Shown: piece by piece, positions 18,461 to 27,484 of the stretch
How the letters are laid out: each line of letters opens with the position of its first letter
How positions within the stretch are numbered: position 1 is the first letter of the stretch
Assembly: GCA_034399355.1 (NCBI GenBank)
Contig: JAXMMT010000032.1
Coordinates: forward strand, 3,593 to 67,592
DNA length: 64,000 nucleotides
Reading direction: 5' to 3'
DNA from: Coriobacteriia bacterium
GTDB lineage: Bacteria; Actinomycetota; Coriobacteriia; Anaerosomatales; Anaerosomataceae
Notes under the pieces: generated by a model
Seen by the model: the letters and a program-made list of their open reading frames with translations, nothing else
Database searches by the model: none
Told to the model about the DNA's origin: nothing
Position numbers and translations under genes: made by a program

Positions 18461-19156
18461 ATGAGCACGTCATCGAGAGCGTACATAGCTGGCAAGCTGC
18501 GATGTTTCACGATGTTTGCCGACCTGACCGAAGGGGATCTGGCCACCCTCGCAGGTCTGATGACCTTCAAGCAGTTCCCGAAGGGCTCGTTCGTCCTTGT
18601 GCAGAATGCGCAAGGGGCAGCCGTGTACTTCCTCGTTGCGGGTCGTGTGAAAGTGTCGGTTACCTCGCCGGTGGGGAAGGAGTTGGCGCTCAACTACCTG
18701 GAGGCCCCGGCGCACTTCGGTGAAATGAGTCTGGTGGACGCGGAGCCCAGGTCTGCGGATGTCATCGCCGTGACAGACATTGAAGCGTTCGCGCTCGATG
18801 CCAGGGACCTATCTACCGCGATACAGTTGCAGCCCGAGCTCGCGTTGACCCTCATTGGCACACTCTCCCGACGCGTGAGGGAGATGATCTCACGTCTGGA
18901 AGGCATGGCGTTCCACGACGCCACTCACCGTATCATGAGGGTGCTTCTGAATGTCGCGACCGCTTCGTACGAGTCAGTAGGTGTGCCGATTGTGGAGGGG
19001 CTGACGCACTACGAGATCGCGACGCTCGCAGGAACGTCGCGTGAGACAGCGAGCCGGGTCATCTCCCAGCTTGGCAGGGACGGGATCGTCGGCACTAAGG
19101 GCCGGAAGATTGTTGTCGACCTGCTCGCGCTTGGTGAGCTGCTTGAGACTGACTAA
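18461..19156 (+). CDS. Crp/Fnr family transcriptional regulator
   Basis: cNMP-binding beta-barrel (FGEMSLVD...RSADV) plus a C-terminal HTH (YEIATLAGTSRETASRVISQL). ATG 18461 has an AAGGAAG RBS. Confidence 0.85.
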   Translation: MSTSSRAYIAGKLRCFTMFADLTEGDLATLAGLMTFKQFPKGSFVLVQNAQGAAVYFLVAGRVKVSVTSPVGKELALNYLEAPAHFGEMSLVDAEPRSADVIAVTDIEAFALDARDLSTAIQLQPELALTLIGTLSRRVREMISRLEGMAFHDATHRIMRVLLNVATASYESVGVPIVEGLTHYEIATLAGTSRETASRVISQLGRDGIVGTKGRKIVVDLLALGELLETD

Positions 19157-19248
19157 CGGTTCGTAGGCCGTTCCAAACGGCTGAAGGTTAGCTCAACGGT
19201 AGGCTCAGAGCGCTGTAAGGGTACCGTTTATCCGAAGTGTCGACTCTC

Positions 19249-19264
19249 TGTGACGTGCGTCACG
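19249..19264. promoter_or_regulatory. CRP/FNR-type palindrome TGTGA-N6-TCAC(G)
   Basis: TGTGACGTGCGTCACG, also a GTGAC-N4-GTCAC perfect inverted repeat. Lies 93 bp after the Crp/Fnr gene and about 70 bp upstream of the 19332 ORF. Confidence 0.4.
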
Positions 19265-19331
19265 CCTCCACGCCAATCCGCGGACGATACCTTTCGTGTG
19301 TGAGTAATCAGCACGGAAAGGGCGGAGTGCG

Positions 19332-19685
19332 ATGAGGCGGGTTGCACGATACTCAACAGTTTCGGTTTTTGTGGTACTAGTACTGCTTTTGTCGGCGAGT
19401 CCGGCTCTTGCGGATGAACCCGTGCTTGTGGACTCTCAGGTCGAGACAGTGAACGGCACGCAGATTGCCACAGACATCATCTCTAAGATCACCGACATCG
19501 AGCTGGGCTCCAGCGGAGTGACTGTGACGCTGGACGTCGATGGCGAGGAGCGCCCCATGAACATCAGTCTCGGCGGAGAGAGCGGCAAGGGTGCAGTGGG
19601 CGGCATGTTCGGACTTGCCACGCTGTCCGGCGTTGCGATCACAGCTGTCAGATTCATCGGCAAGTTCATCAGGATGAGACACTAG
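19332..19685 (+). CDS. hypothetical exported protein with C-terminal membrane anchor
   Basis: Signal peptide ending SPALA-DEP, a Gly-rich C-terminal TM helix and a basic tail (KFIRMRH). No recognisable family. Confidence 0.5.
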   Translation: MRRVARYSTVSVFVVLVLLLSASPALADEPVLVDSQVETVNGTQIATDIISKITDIELGSSGVTVTLDVDGEERPMNISLGGESGKGAVGGMFGLATLSGVAITAVRFIGKFIRMRH

Positions 19686-19755
19686 CTCCCAGCGCATCCG
19701 AGCTCCGGAACGGGAAAGAACTCCTACAGTCCATTTCAGTCGCATGGAGGTTGCG

Positions 19756-19983
19756 ATGAGAGAGTTCACGACTGAGGAGTTGAGGCAATTCGACGGAGCC
19801 GGTGGTAGTCCCGCGTACGTAGCCTTCAAGGGCTTCGTCTACGATGTGACAGAGAGCGCGATGTGGGGCGATGGTGACCACGAGGGCATACACTCGGCCG
19901 GCACGGACTTGACGGAGGCGCACGGTGATGCGCCACACGACGAACACATCCTCGATTTTCCAAGGGTAGGGAAGCTGGCCTAG
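19756..19983 (+). CDS. cytochrome b5-like heme/steroid-binding domain protein
   Basis: FTTEELRQFDG...AYVAFKGFVYDVT...H..G.D pattern. ATG 19756 has GGAGG 5 nt upstream; ATG 19744 is an alternative start. Confidence 0.75.
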   Translation: MREFTTEELRQFDGAGGSPAYVAFKGFVYDVTESAMWGDGDHEGIHSAGTDLTEAHGDAPHDEHILDFPRVGKLA

Positions 19984-21347
19984 TCGGCGTCGAGCACAAG
20001 CACCGTCTCGACGTGGTAGGTCTGCGGGAACAGGTCGACGGGAACCGCCTCCGTCGGCCTGTATCCGTATCCGACTATGCGTGCGGCGTCACGGGCGAGT
20101 GTGGTGGGGTCACAGGAGACGTACACGATTCTTCGTGCACCAGTCGCGGCAAGTGATGCGACGGTGCTCTCGGCGAGACCGCCGCGCGGCGGATCGACGA
20201 CGACGAGGTCGGCCCGACCGAGCGCGGGCAGGACGCGGTCAGCATCGCCGGGCTCTATCTCGGCGAAGATGTCGTTCACCTCGAGGTTGCGGCGGAGGTC
20301 AGCGATGGCGTAGCGTGACGACTCGACGGCGATGACGTTGTCGGCCATCTCGGCGAGTGGAAGCGTGAAGGTGCCGACGCCTGCGAACAGGTCGATGACC
20401 CGGTCGGTGCCATTCGGCGCGAGCGCCTCAGCGACGACGCGCCGGAGCTGACGCGCCGCTGCTGTGTTCACCTGGAAGAAAGACGGCGCCGAGACAAGAT
20501 AGCGGTGGTTGTCCAGCTGCTCCTCCCACATCCCCGGGCCGCCGAGTACTTCGACTTTGGTGACGTTGCGTGCCTTGAGATCACCCTTGAAGAGCACGCG
20601 CGTCACAGTGCGTGCGCCTACCGCGTCTGCGATGATCTTGGCGGCAAGCTGGCGGGGGAAAGGGCCAGGTGCGGTCCAGAGGTCGACCTCCACTTTGCCC
20701 GCGCTGGAGACGCGCAAGGCGACCCGCTCCACAGCCGTGTCGCCGCGTGAGGAGAGGTAGCGCAGGGCGCCGGTGAGAGAGCGTGGGGCGCGCTCGAGTT
20801 TCTTGGGTAGGAGGGGGCAGCGCTCGACCGGGAGGACACGTGCGGAGCCTGCACGCGAGTATCCGAGCGCCAGCCCCTGTGGTGTCGAGGTCGCGGAGAG
20901 TTCGATCTTGTTGCGGTATCCGTATGAGTGCGTGCTTCCGAGTGCCTCACGCACGGGAACCTCAAGCTTGCCGATACGCTCCAACGCGTCGGCGATGGCA
21001 CGGCGCTTCCACTGGAGTTGTGTGCCGTAGTCGACATGCTGCCACTGACAGCCCCCACACTCGCCGAAGTACGTACAGCGTGGCGTCACCCGGTCCTTCG
21101 AAGGTGTGAGGACCTCGTCGATCACGGCCTTGCGGAATCTGCCGTGGTCTTCGGTGATGGTTGCACGCACGATATCACCCGGACATGACCCGTCGACGAA
21201 GACGGTGACGCCGTCCTCGGCCCGTGCTACGCCGGCTCCTCCGTATGCTAGGCTTTCAACTGTGAGGTCCACGCATGCTCCTGTCGGCTGCCATCGGCGA
21301 CCATCATACGTCAGCGAGGCAATGGGTATGCTGTTGAGTGTAGACAT
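19980..21347 (-). CDS. 23S rRNA (uracil-5)-methyltransferase, RlmD/RumA family
   Basis: TRAM domain, 4-Cys cluster (CTYFGECGGCQWQH), SAM motif DLFAGVGTF and catalytic VYVSCDP. Start trimmed to ATG 21347. Confidence 0.85.
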   Translation of the reverse strand: MSTLNSIPIASLTYDGRRWQPTGACVDLTVESLAYGGAGVARAEDGVTVFVDGSCPGDIVRATITEDHGRFRKAVIDEVLTPSKDRVTPRCTYFGECGGCQWQHVDYGTQLQWKRRAIADALERIGKLEVPVREALGSTHSYGYRNKIELSATSTPQGLALGYSRAGSARVLPVERCPLLPKKLERAPRSLTGALRYLSSRGDTAVERVALRVSSAGKVEVDLWTAPGPFPRQLAAKIIADAVGARTVTRVLFKGDLKARNVTKVEVLGGPGMWEEQLDNHRYLVSAPSFFQVNTAAARQLRRVVAEALAPNGTDRVIDLFAGVGTFTLPLAEMADNVIAVESSRYAIADLRRNLEVNDIFAEIEPGDADRVLPALGRADLVVVDPPRGGLAESTVASLAATGARRIVYVSCDPTTLARDAARIVGYGYRPTEAVPVDLFPQTYHVETVLVLDAD

Positions 21348-21439
21348 GCACGTGCCGATAGGTAGGAGAACGTCGATACCCGCGAAGTGGGCCCGCAATC
21401 GTGATCGAGTGTCGTCCGTCGAGGAGGTCATCGAGCGCA

Positions 21440-23014
21440 GTGACAGGAATCAAGGTACTCATCGTTCACGACGAGGCAGCGTACTTCGAGAAGGTTAGCG
21501 CCGCAATCAAGGACGCGCTGCCAGACGCGGAGTTCTACAATGCCATCTCCGGACCGCGGGGGCTTGGCATCGCAAAGCAGCACAGCCCCGACGTCATCAT
21601 CGCGTACGGCGACCTCGTGGGTATGGATGGTTTTGCGTTCACACAGGAGCTGAAGGCGAACCCCGATCTCTCTGGTATCCCCGTGATGATCGTGTCGGCA
21701 GAGCCGAACGACGCGAGTGCTTTGAAGGCGCGCCAGGTAGGCGCAGCTGCCCACATGCCGACGACGGCTGACAGTGCTGTGCTCGTAGAGAAAGTGCTGT
21801 CCATCGTCAACGTGGAGGCTTCAGTCGTGCAGGCGGCCGTCACCGAATCGCCTATTCCGGCCGATGGCGGTGCCTCCAAGCCACCGATGTCGGCGCAGGC
21901 TCCTGCCCCGGCGGCTTCTCCCGCTGCAGCAGCGAAGCGCAACGAAAACGTACACATCGATGAGCTGCTGCGGCTGATGATCGAGCGTGGCGGATCGGAC
22001 CTGCATGTCGCCGTCGGGAGCCCCCCGGGCATCCGTCAGCGGGGTGATCTGCTTCCAATCGAGAACATGCCGGTGCTTACGCCTCGCGACGCGCAGGAGA
22101 TGATCCTAAGCCTGCTTTCCGAGGAGCAACGCCGACGCTTCGAGACCGAACTCGAGCTGGACTTCGCGTACAGCATCCCGGGGTTGTCCCGCTTCCGTGC
22201 CAACGTGTTTCAACAGCGCAATTCGATGGGCGCGGTCTTCCGGGTCATCCCGATCAAGATTCCGACACTCGAGGATCTGCAACTTCCCAAGGTCTGCCGT
22301 CTCCTGGCCGAGCGGCCGCGCGGTCTCGTGCTCGTCACTGGTCCTACTGGATCAGGCAAGTCGACCACGCTTGCGGCGATGATCGACCACATCAACACGA
22401 CGAGACCGCTGCACATCATCACACTCGAAGATCCAATCGAGTTCATGCACAAGAACAAGATGTCCTACGTCAACCAGCGGGAGATCGGCGAGGACACGCA
22501 TTCGTTCACGTCAGCGCTGAAGCGCGTTCTGCGTCAGGACCCCGACGTCATCCTCGTCGGTGAGATGCGTGACCTTGAGACGATCGCAGCAGCGATCACG
22601 GCTGCCGAGACGGGCCACCTGGTTCTCGCGACGCTGCACACCACCGGTGGTCCGGCTACCATCGACCGCATCGTCGACGTCTTCCCGCCACACCAGCAGC
22701 AGCAGGTGCGCATGCAGCTCTCCGGCACGCTCGAAGGTGTTTTGTCTCAGGTCCTGCTGCGCTCGACCGACGGCAAGACACGCGTGATGGCGATGGAGAT
22801 CATGCTCGGCATCCCCGCGATCTGCAACCTCATCCGCGAGGGCAAAACACATCAGATGCCGACGATCATCCAAGGCGGCGCCTCGATGGGTATGCAGACA
22901 CTGGACCAGGATCTGAAAGCCCTGCTGCAGGCGGGGAAGGTCACCTTTGAGGAGGCCATCAGTAAGGCCCAGGATCCGCGTGAACTTGCGCAGATGGTCG
23001 GGCGCAAACTCTAA
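21440..23014 (+). CDS. pilT: receiver-domain / PilT-type retraction ATPase fusion
   Basis: N-terminal CheY-like fold (KVLIVHDE, AYGDLVGMDG) and an Ala/Pro-rich linker. PilT core has Walker A GPTGSGKSTT, ITLEDPIEF, VGEMRD, ATLHT and the PilT signature AICNLIREGKTHQ. GTG 21440 has GAGGAGG upstream. Confidence 0.85.
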   Translation: MTGIKVLIVHDEAAYFEKVSAAIKDALPDAEFYNAISGPRGLGIAKQHSPDVIIAYGDLVGMDGFAFTQELKANPDLSGIPVMIVSAEPNDASALKARQVGAAAHMPTTADSAVLVEKVLSIVNVEASVVQAAVTESPIPADGGASKPPMSAQAPAPAASPAAAAKRNENVHIDELLRLMIERGGSDLHVAVGSPPGIRQRGDLLPIENMPVLTPRDAQEMILSLLSEEQRRRFETELELDFAYSIPGLSRFRANVFQQRNSMGAVFRVIPIKIPTLEDLQLPKVCRLLAERPRGLVLVTGPTGSGKSTTLAAMIDHINTTRPLHIITLEDPIEFMHKNKMSYVNQREIGEDTHSFTSALKRVLRQDPDVILVGEMRDLETIAAAITAAETGHLVLATLHTTGGPATIDRIVDVFPPHQQQQVRMQLSGTLEGVLSQVLLRSTDGKTRVMAMEIMLGIPAICNLIREGKTHQMPTIIQGGASMGMQTLDQDLKALLQAGKVTFEEAISKAQDPRELAQMVGRKL

Positions 23015-23042
23015 GACGACCGCGACATCCGAAAGGGGCGGG

Positions 23043-23462
23043 ATGGACACGGTAAGGGTCAAGTGGAGCGGTGGGCGCCGTTTCGTTGGCCGAGACGAGG
23101 CTGTTCATGATGTCGTCATGGATGCTGCGGTGGCGCACAAGGGCGACGGCAGCGGGGCTCGGCCACTGGAACTCGTTCTGTATGCGTTGGGCGGCTGCAC
23201 AGGGATCGACGTCATCTCGATACTGGAGAAGCAGCGCCAGGAGGTGCGTGATTTCGAGCTGCTGATCACTGCCGAGCAGCGCGAGGAGCAGCCTCGCTAC
23301 TACGAGCGCATCAACATTGAGTACGTGCTCACGGGAGTGGACCTGAAGCCGTCTGCCGTGGAGCGTGCGATCATGCTTTCCGAGGACAAGTACTGCTCGG
23401 TCAAGGGCATGTTCGGCCAAGGCGTCTCCGTGATGACCAGCTATCGAATCATCGATGTCTGA
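23043..23462 (+). CDS. OsmC family peroxiredoxin-like protein
   Basis: RPLELVLYALGGCTGIDV and DKYCSVKGMF contain the two OsmC Cys. Start at ATG 23043. Confidence 0.85.
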   Translation: MDTVRVKWSGGRRFVGRDEAVHDVVMDAAVAHKGDGSGARPLELVLYALGGCTGIDVISILEKQRQEVRDFELLITAEQREEQPRYYERINIEYVLTGVDLKPSAVERAIMLSEDKYCSVKGMFGQGVSVMTSYRIIDV

Positions 23463-24183
23463 GTCTGCAGCGCCCTGTACGGAGGGCGCCGACGCCGTAC
23501 TCATACCGGTCTACAATGAGGCCGCTACGGTCAACGACGTGCTCGACGCGGTGCTGTGCGAGTTCAGTGGGACCGTGATCGTCGTTGACGACGGGTCGAC
23601 CGACGGTACCGGGGACGCACTCAAGGCTCGCGACGACATCGTGCTTCTGGAGCACGGCCACAACGAGGGCTACGGTCGGGCGCTGGCTGACGGCTTCGCG
23701 CTTGCACGCGTGCGCGGCGTACGCCGTCTCGTCACGATGGACTGCGATGGGCAGCACGAGCCGGCCCGTATGCTTGCCCTTCTGAAGGTGCTCGATGAGA
23801 CCGGTGTGGACATCGTGAGCGGCAGTAGGTATCTGCCTGGAAGTCCTGTAGCGGGAATCGCGCCGTCGCAACGGCGCGAAGTGAACGAACGCGTGACGGC
23901 CGTGGTAAATGCGGTTACTGGCTGGGGTATCACCGATGCGTTCTGCGGGTTCAAAGCGTACTGCATGAGCTCGCTTTCGAAGTTGCAGCTCAAGGAACCG
24001 GGTTATGCGATGCCGATGGAGCTGTGGGCACGTGCATACCGAGCCGACTGGCGTGTGATCGAGGTGCCAGTGGAGCGCATATACTTTGACAACGACCGGA
24101 CGTTCGGTGAAGACCTGGATAATCCAGAGAAACGTTTCGGCTACTACATGCGTATCTGGCGCGACGCGCTTCACGGGGAGTGA
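23455..24183 (+). CDS. family 2 glycosyltransferase (polyprenyl-phosphate sugar synthase-like)
   Basis: VLIPVYNEA, VVDDGSTDGT and DCDGQH motifs. Overlaps the osmC stop by 8 nt. Confidence 0.85.
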   Translation: MSESAAPCTEGADAVLIPVYNEAATVNDVLDAVLCEFSGTVIVVDDGSTDGTGDALKARDDIVLLEHGHNEGYGRALADGFALARVRGVRRLVTMDCDGQHEPARMLALLKVLDETGVDIVSGSRYLPGSPVAGIAPSQRREVNERVTAVVNAVTGWGITDAFCGFKAYCMSSLSKLQLKEPGYAMPMELWARAYRADWRVIEVPVERIYFDNDRTFGEDLDNPEKRFGYYMRIWRDALHGE

Positions 24184-24185
24184 AT

Positions 24186-24866
24186 ATGGCTGACATCGTC
24201 TGCATCGGTGCACACCCGGACGACGTGGAGATAGGCATGGGCGGCACCGTCGCCGGGATGACCGCGCAAGGGTTGGACGTGACGATCGTCGACCTCACGG
24301 ACGGCGAGCCCACGCCGCACGGTACTCATGAGCTCCGGATAGCCGAGGCAGCCAGAGCCGCAGGTCTTCTCGGCGCGACCAGAAGGACTCTTACCCAGCC
24401 CAACCGCTACCTGTTCGACACCGTCGAGGCAAGAACCGAGCTTGCCGAGGTGCTGAGGGAACTCAGGCCGCGGGTGCTGTTCGTGCCGTATCCAGAGGAT
24501 GCGCATCCGGATCACATCGCTGCAGCATCCATCGCCCGTGCGGCGCGCTTCTACGCAAAGTTCACGAAGAGCGACATGATGGGTGAACCGCACTACCCGG
24601 CGCGCGTCTACCACTACATGGCCGTGCATATGCGTCTCGTGCGCGAGCCCTCGTTCGTGGTCGACATCTCGCAGACCATGGAGACGAAACTCAGAGCGCT
24701 GGAGTGCTATGAGTCGCAGTTCCAGGCAAACGAGCACAATCGTGGCATCGTTCCGATGCTGGAGGTCGCCGCCCGTATGTGGGGCACCCAGATCGGCGTC
24801 TCTGCGGGCGAACCGTTCTTTGCGCCTGAACCCGTTGGCATCCGTTCAGTTGCTGACCTGGTGTGA
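24186..24866 (+). CDS. PIG-L/LmbE family deacetylase
   Basis: IGAHPDDVEIGMGGT and HPDH motifs. ATG 24186 has a GGGGAG RBS; GTG 24180 would overlap the previous stop. Confidence 0.85.
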   Translation: MADIVCIGAHPDDVEIGMGGTVAGMTAQGLDVTIVDLTDGEPTPHGTHELRIAEAARAAGLLGATRRTLTQPNRYLFDTVEARTELAEVLRELRPRVLFVPYPEDAHPDHIAAASIARAARFYAKFTKSDMMGEPHYPARVYHYMAVHMRLVREPSFVVDISQTMETKLRALECYESQFQANEHNRGIVPMLEVAARMWGTQIGVSAGEPFFAPEPVGIRSVADLV

Positions 24867-26443
24867 CGCGTATGGTGCGCGCCCGGTATGCGATGCCAGC
24901 GGGTCACGGTGAGGTTCTGACGGAGCCTCCCTACGAGCTGTGGGCCGAGCGTGCGGAGACGAACGCATCAGCTGTCCTTGGCTGGAGGTTCACCGTCGGC
25001 GACATGCCAGCTCTCGCGCTACGGCGGTTGGCGCGGCGGGAGAGCATGGCCGAGGCGGGGGCCTATTCGCGGCGGATGGGGATAGAGGGGGCCGCGGCAT
25101 CGATCGAACCGGGACTTCTCGTCGTCACCGGGCATCAACCCGAGCTCTATCATCCCGGAGTATGGGTCAAGAACTTCTTGCTTCAACGCTTCGCTGACGA
25201 AACGGGGGCTGCGGCCCTCGATCTCGTCGTCGATACCGACTCGTTCGAGCGCGTTGAGCTTCGGACCCCCTGCATGCGCCCGGCAATCGGTCGTTGCACA
25301 ACCGTCCTTGCGACTGCAGGTGAGGGGGGATGTTTCGCGTGTTCGCCTGTTCCGTCACGAGCTGAAGCGGAGACATTCTGCGAATCGGGCAGCGAGGCGC
25401 TGTCCACGCTTCCCGCGCCTGCGCTAGAGAGGCACTTTCGTAGCTTCTGCGACGCACTCTACGAAGCGCTTGAGCACGCGGACGACCTCGGCCAGGCACT
25501 CACCGGGGCGCGGCGGCGATTCGAGTCGTCCACGCGCACCGACTATCTCGAACTCGGGGTCTCCCGCCAGGCGCACACCTCGGCGTTCAGACGTTTCGCC
25601 GCCTCGCTCGTTTTGGACGCGGAGCGGTTTGGCGAGGTGTTCAACGCGGAGTTGCACGCGTATCAGATACGGACCGGCGCCCGCTCCAAAGTCCAACCGT
25701 TTCCCGATCTCGACATGGACGAGCGCGCCGTCGAGCTGCCGTTCTGGGTCCTATTTGGTGGACGACGACATTCCGCCCGCGTGACCAAAGGCGTTCAACG
25801 GATGTTGCTCGCGGACGGCGAAGCTGTCTGCACGCTGCCGCCCGACACCGATGGTGTGATGTCGGCCCTCGATGCAGCGGGCGCACTGCTCGTGCCTCGT
25901 GCCGTGACGCTGACGTTGTTCAACCGCATGTTCGTCGCCGATCTGTTCATCCACGGCGTGGGCGGCGGTCGCTACGATCGGGTGACGGACGCGGTGGTGC
26001 GTTCCTACTTCGGTGTTGAGCCGCCGGCGTTCACGGTCGCTTCGATGACGCTGCATCTGCCCCTGGGGGCGCATGTCGTCACCGATGAGGAGATTGCGGC
26101 TTTGGAGCAGCGTCTCCAGCGTCTCAAGCACAACCCGGATCAACTGTTGGACGAGGTCGAGTTCGACGATGCCAAGGAACGTCTCGAGGCGGAGCGTCTG
26201 GTCGCCGAGAAGGGCGCACTCGTGATCGATATCGCCGAGAAGGGCGTTGATAAAAAAGCGACCGGTGGGAGAATCCGTGCGGTCAATGCTCGACTGTTCG
26301 AGATGATGGCGCCCGTGGTGGTCGACACTCAGCAGCGTCTTGAGGCTGCGAAGGAGCAGCGCGAAACGGCGGCGATCCTCTCGGACAGAACATATCCGTA
26401 CTGCCTGTGGAACCCCCTGGAAGTGATGGACAAGGTACGCTGA
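24863..26443 (+). CDS. hypothetical protein, possibly BshC-like (putative cysteine ligase family); function uncertain
   Basis: 526 aa, with GTGA overlap to the deacetylase. N-terminal VVTGHQPELYHPGVWVKN resembles, by eye, the BshC TGQQxGLxxGPxxxxxK motif, and the C-terminus is coiled-coil-rich as in BshC. The confidence value applies to the CDS call only; the BshC assignment is much weaker. Confidence 0.6.
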   Translation: MTRMVRARYAMPAGHGEVLTEPPYELWAERAETNASAVLGWRFTVGDMPALALRRLARRESMAEAGAYSRRMGIEGAAASIEPGLLVVTGHQPELYHPGVWVKNFLLQRFADETGAAALDLVVDTDSFERVELRTPCMRPAIGRCTTVLATAGEGGCFACSPVPSRAEAETFCESGSEALSTLPAPALERHFRSFCDALYEALEHADDLGQALTGARRRFESSTRTDYLELGVSRQAHTSAFRRFAASLVLDAERFGEVFNAELHAYQIRTGARSKVQPFPDLDMDERAVELPFWVLFGGRRHSARVTKGVQRMLLADGEAVCTLPPDTDGVMSALDAAGALLVPRAVTLTLFNRMFVADLFIHGVGGGRYDRVTDAVVRSYFGVEPPAFTVASMTLHLPLGAHVVTDEEIAALEQRLQRLKHNPDQLLDEVEFDDAKERLEAERLVAEKGALVIDIAEKGVDKKATGGRIRAVNARLFEMMAPVVVDTQQRLEAAKEQRETAAILSDRTYPYCLWNPLEVMDKVR

Positions 26444-26520
26444 CGCTGCTGTTGCGCGCGATGATATCATTAGTGAACCCTTACGGGGGAATCGCCAGTA
26501 CGTCGAAAGGATTACATAAA

Positions 26521-26697
26521 ATGGGTAAGCCCGTCGTCGATTCCGATTTGTGCACCGCGTGTGGCATCTGCGTCGATGAGTGTCCGACCAGCGCTCTCGA
26601 TTTGGAGGACATCGCTGTTCTGGCCCGTCCTGATGACTGCACCGAGTGCGGCACCTGTGCCGATGTCTGCCCGAACGAGGCAATCGAGCTCAAGTAG
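26521..26697 (+). CDS. 2x[4Fe-4S] ferredoxin
   Basis: 58 aa with CTACGICVDECP and CTECGTCADVCP. Start at internal ATG 26521 of the 96-aa track ORF. Confidence 0.8.
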   Translation: MGKPVVDSDLCTACGICVDECPTSALDLEDIAVLARPDDCTECGTCADVCPNEAIELK

Positions 26698-26717
26698 CCC
26701 TACGAGCAAGGACGAAG

Positions 26718-26746
26718 ACGAGGCCGGCCCTACGGGCTGGCCTCGT
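26718..26746. terminator. bidirectional hairpin between convergent ferredoxin and plsY
   Basis: 13-bp stem ACGAGGCCGGCCC / GGGCTGGCCTCGT (one G-U pair) with loop TAC, followed by TGCTTGT. Confidence 0.6.
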
Positions 26747-26752
26747 TGCTTG

Positions 26753-27484
26753 TCAGCCGCAGGGTCCCTGGCGGTCGTTGATGTAGAACTTGGGCTCCTT
26801 ACCACGAAGAAGGCCCATGAAGCGTCTGTGGTGCGCAGAGTAGACGAGCAGACCCATTGCCGCCGCGAACAGCCAGTCAGGCGAGCGCAGCACCAGAGCG
26901 GTGACAGGAAGTGTCAGTGAGGCGACGACCTGACCGGCCATCATGTAGCGAGTGATCGCGATGACGGTCAAACCGATGACGACCACCGCCACGAAGTAGC
27001 GCCAGTCGTACGCGAGTAGTGCGCCGGCGCCGGTGGCGAGTCCCTTGCCCGTGCGCACGAAGCGTTTCTTGGCGACTCCGAGCCACAGGGAGTAGTTGTG
27101 GCCGAGCACGGCGCCTGCGACGGCCGCCATTGGTACGTAGTAGACGGCATCTCGCCACCACTCGACGCTGACGGAAGACAGCACGGCGCCCCAGGGACGG
27201 ATGAGTAGGGTCGCGGCTCCTGTCACCACGAGTTTCGCGGCGACTACCGGGCCAAGTCCTTTGATGAAGTCGGCGGCCATCGCGAACACGAACAAGCCCC
27301 ACGAGCCGGTCGCGCGTCGGACATTCATGGCGCCGACATTGCCCGAGCCGTGCGCCGTGATGTCCTCGCCGGTCACGCGCTTCACGATGAAATAGGCGTT
27401 CGGGAACGACCCTACGAGATACGCGATGAGAAGCACGGAAAGCGCGGTGATGACGCTCCCGTTCGCTGTCGATCCGTCGATCAT
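26753..27484 (-). CDS. plsY: glycerol-3-phosphate acyltransferase PlsY
   Basis: LIAYLVGSFPNAYFIVK and HGSGNVGAMNVRR motifs, multi-TM. Start at ATG 27484 (ATGA overlap with the upstream kinase stop); the track N-terminal extension is rejected. Confidence 0.85.
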   Translation of the reverse strand: MIDGSTANGSVITALSVLLIAYLVGSFPNAYFIVKRVTGEDITAHGSGNVGAMNVRRATGSWGLFVFAMAADFIKGLGPVVAAKLVVTGAATLLIRPWGAVLSSVSVEWWRDAVYYVPMAAVAGAVLGHNYSLWLGVAKKRFVRTGKGLATGAGALLAYDWRYFVAVVVIGLTVIAITRYMMAGQVVASLTLPVTALVLRSPDWLFAAAMGLLVYSAHHRRFMGLLRGKEPKFYINDRQGPCG

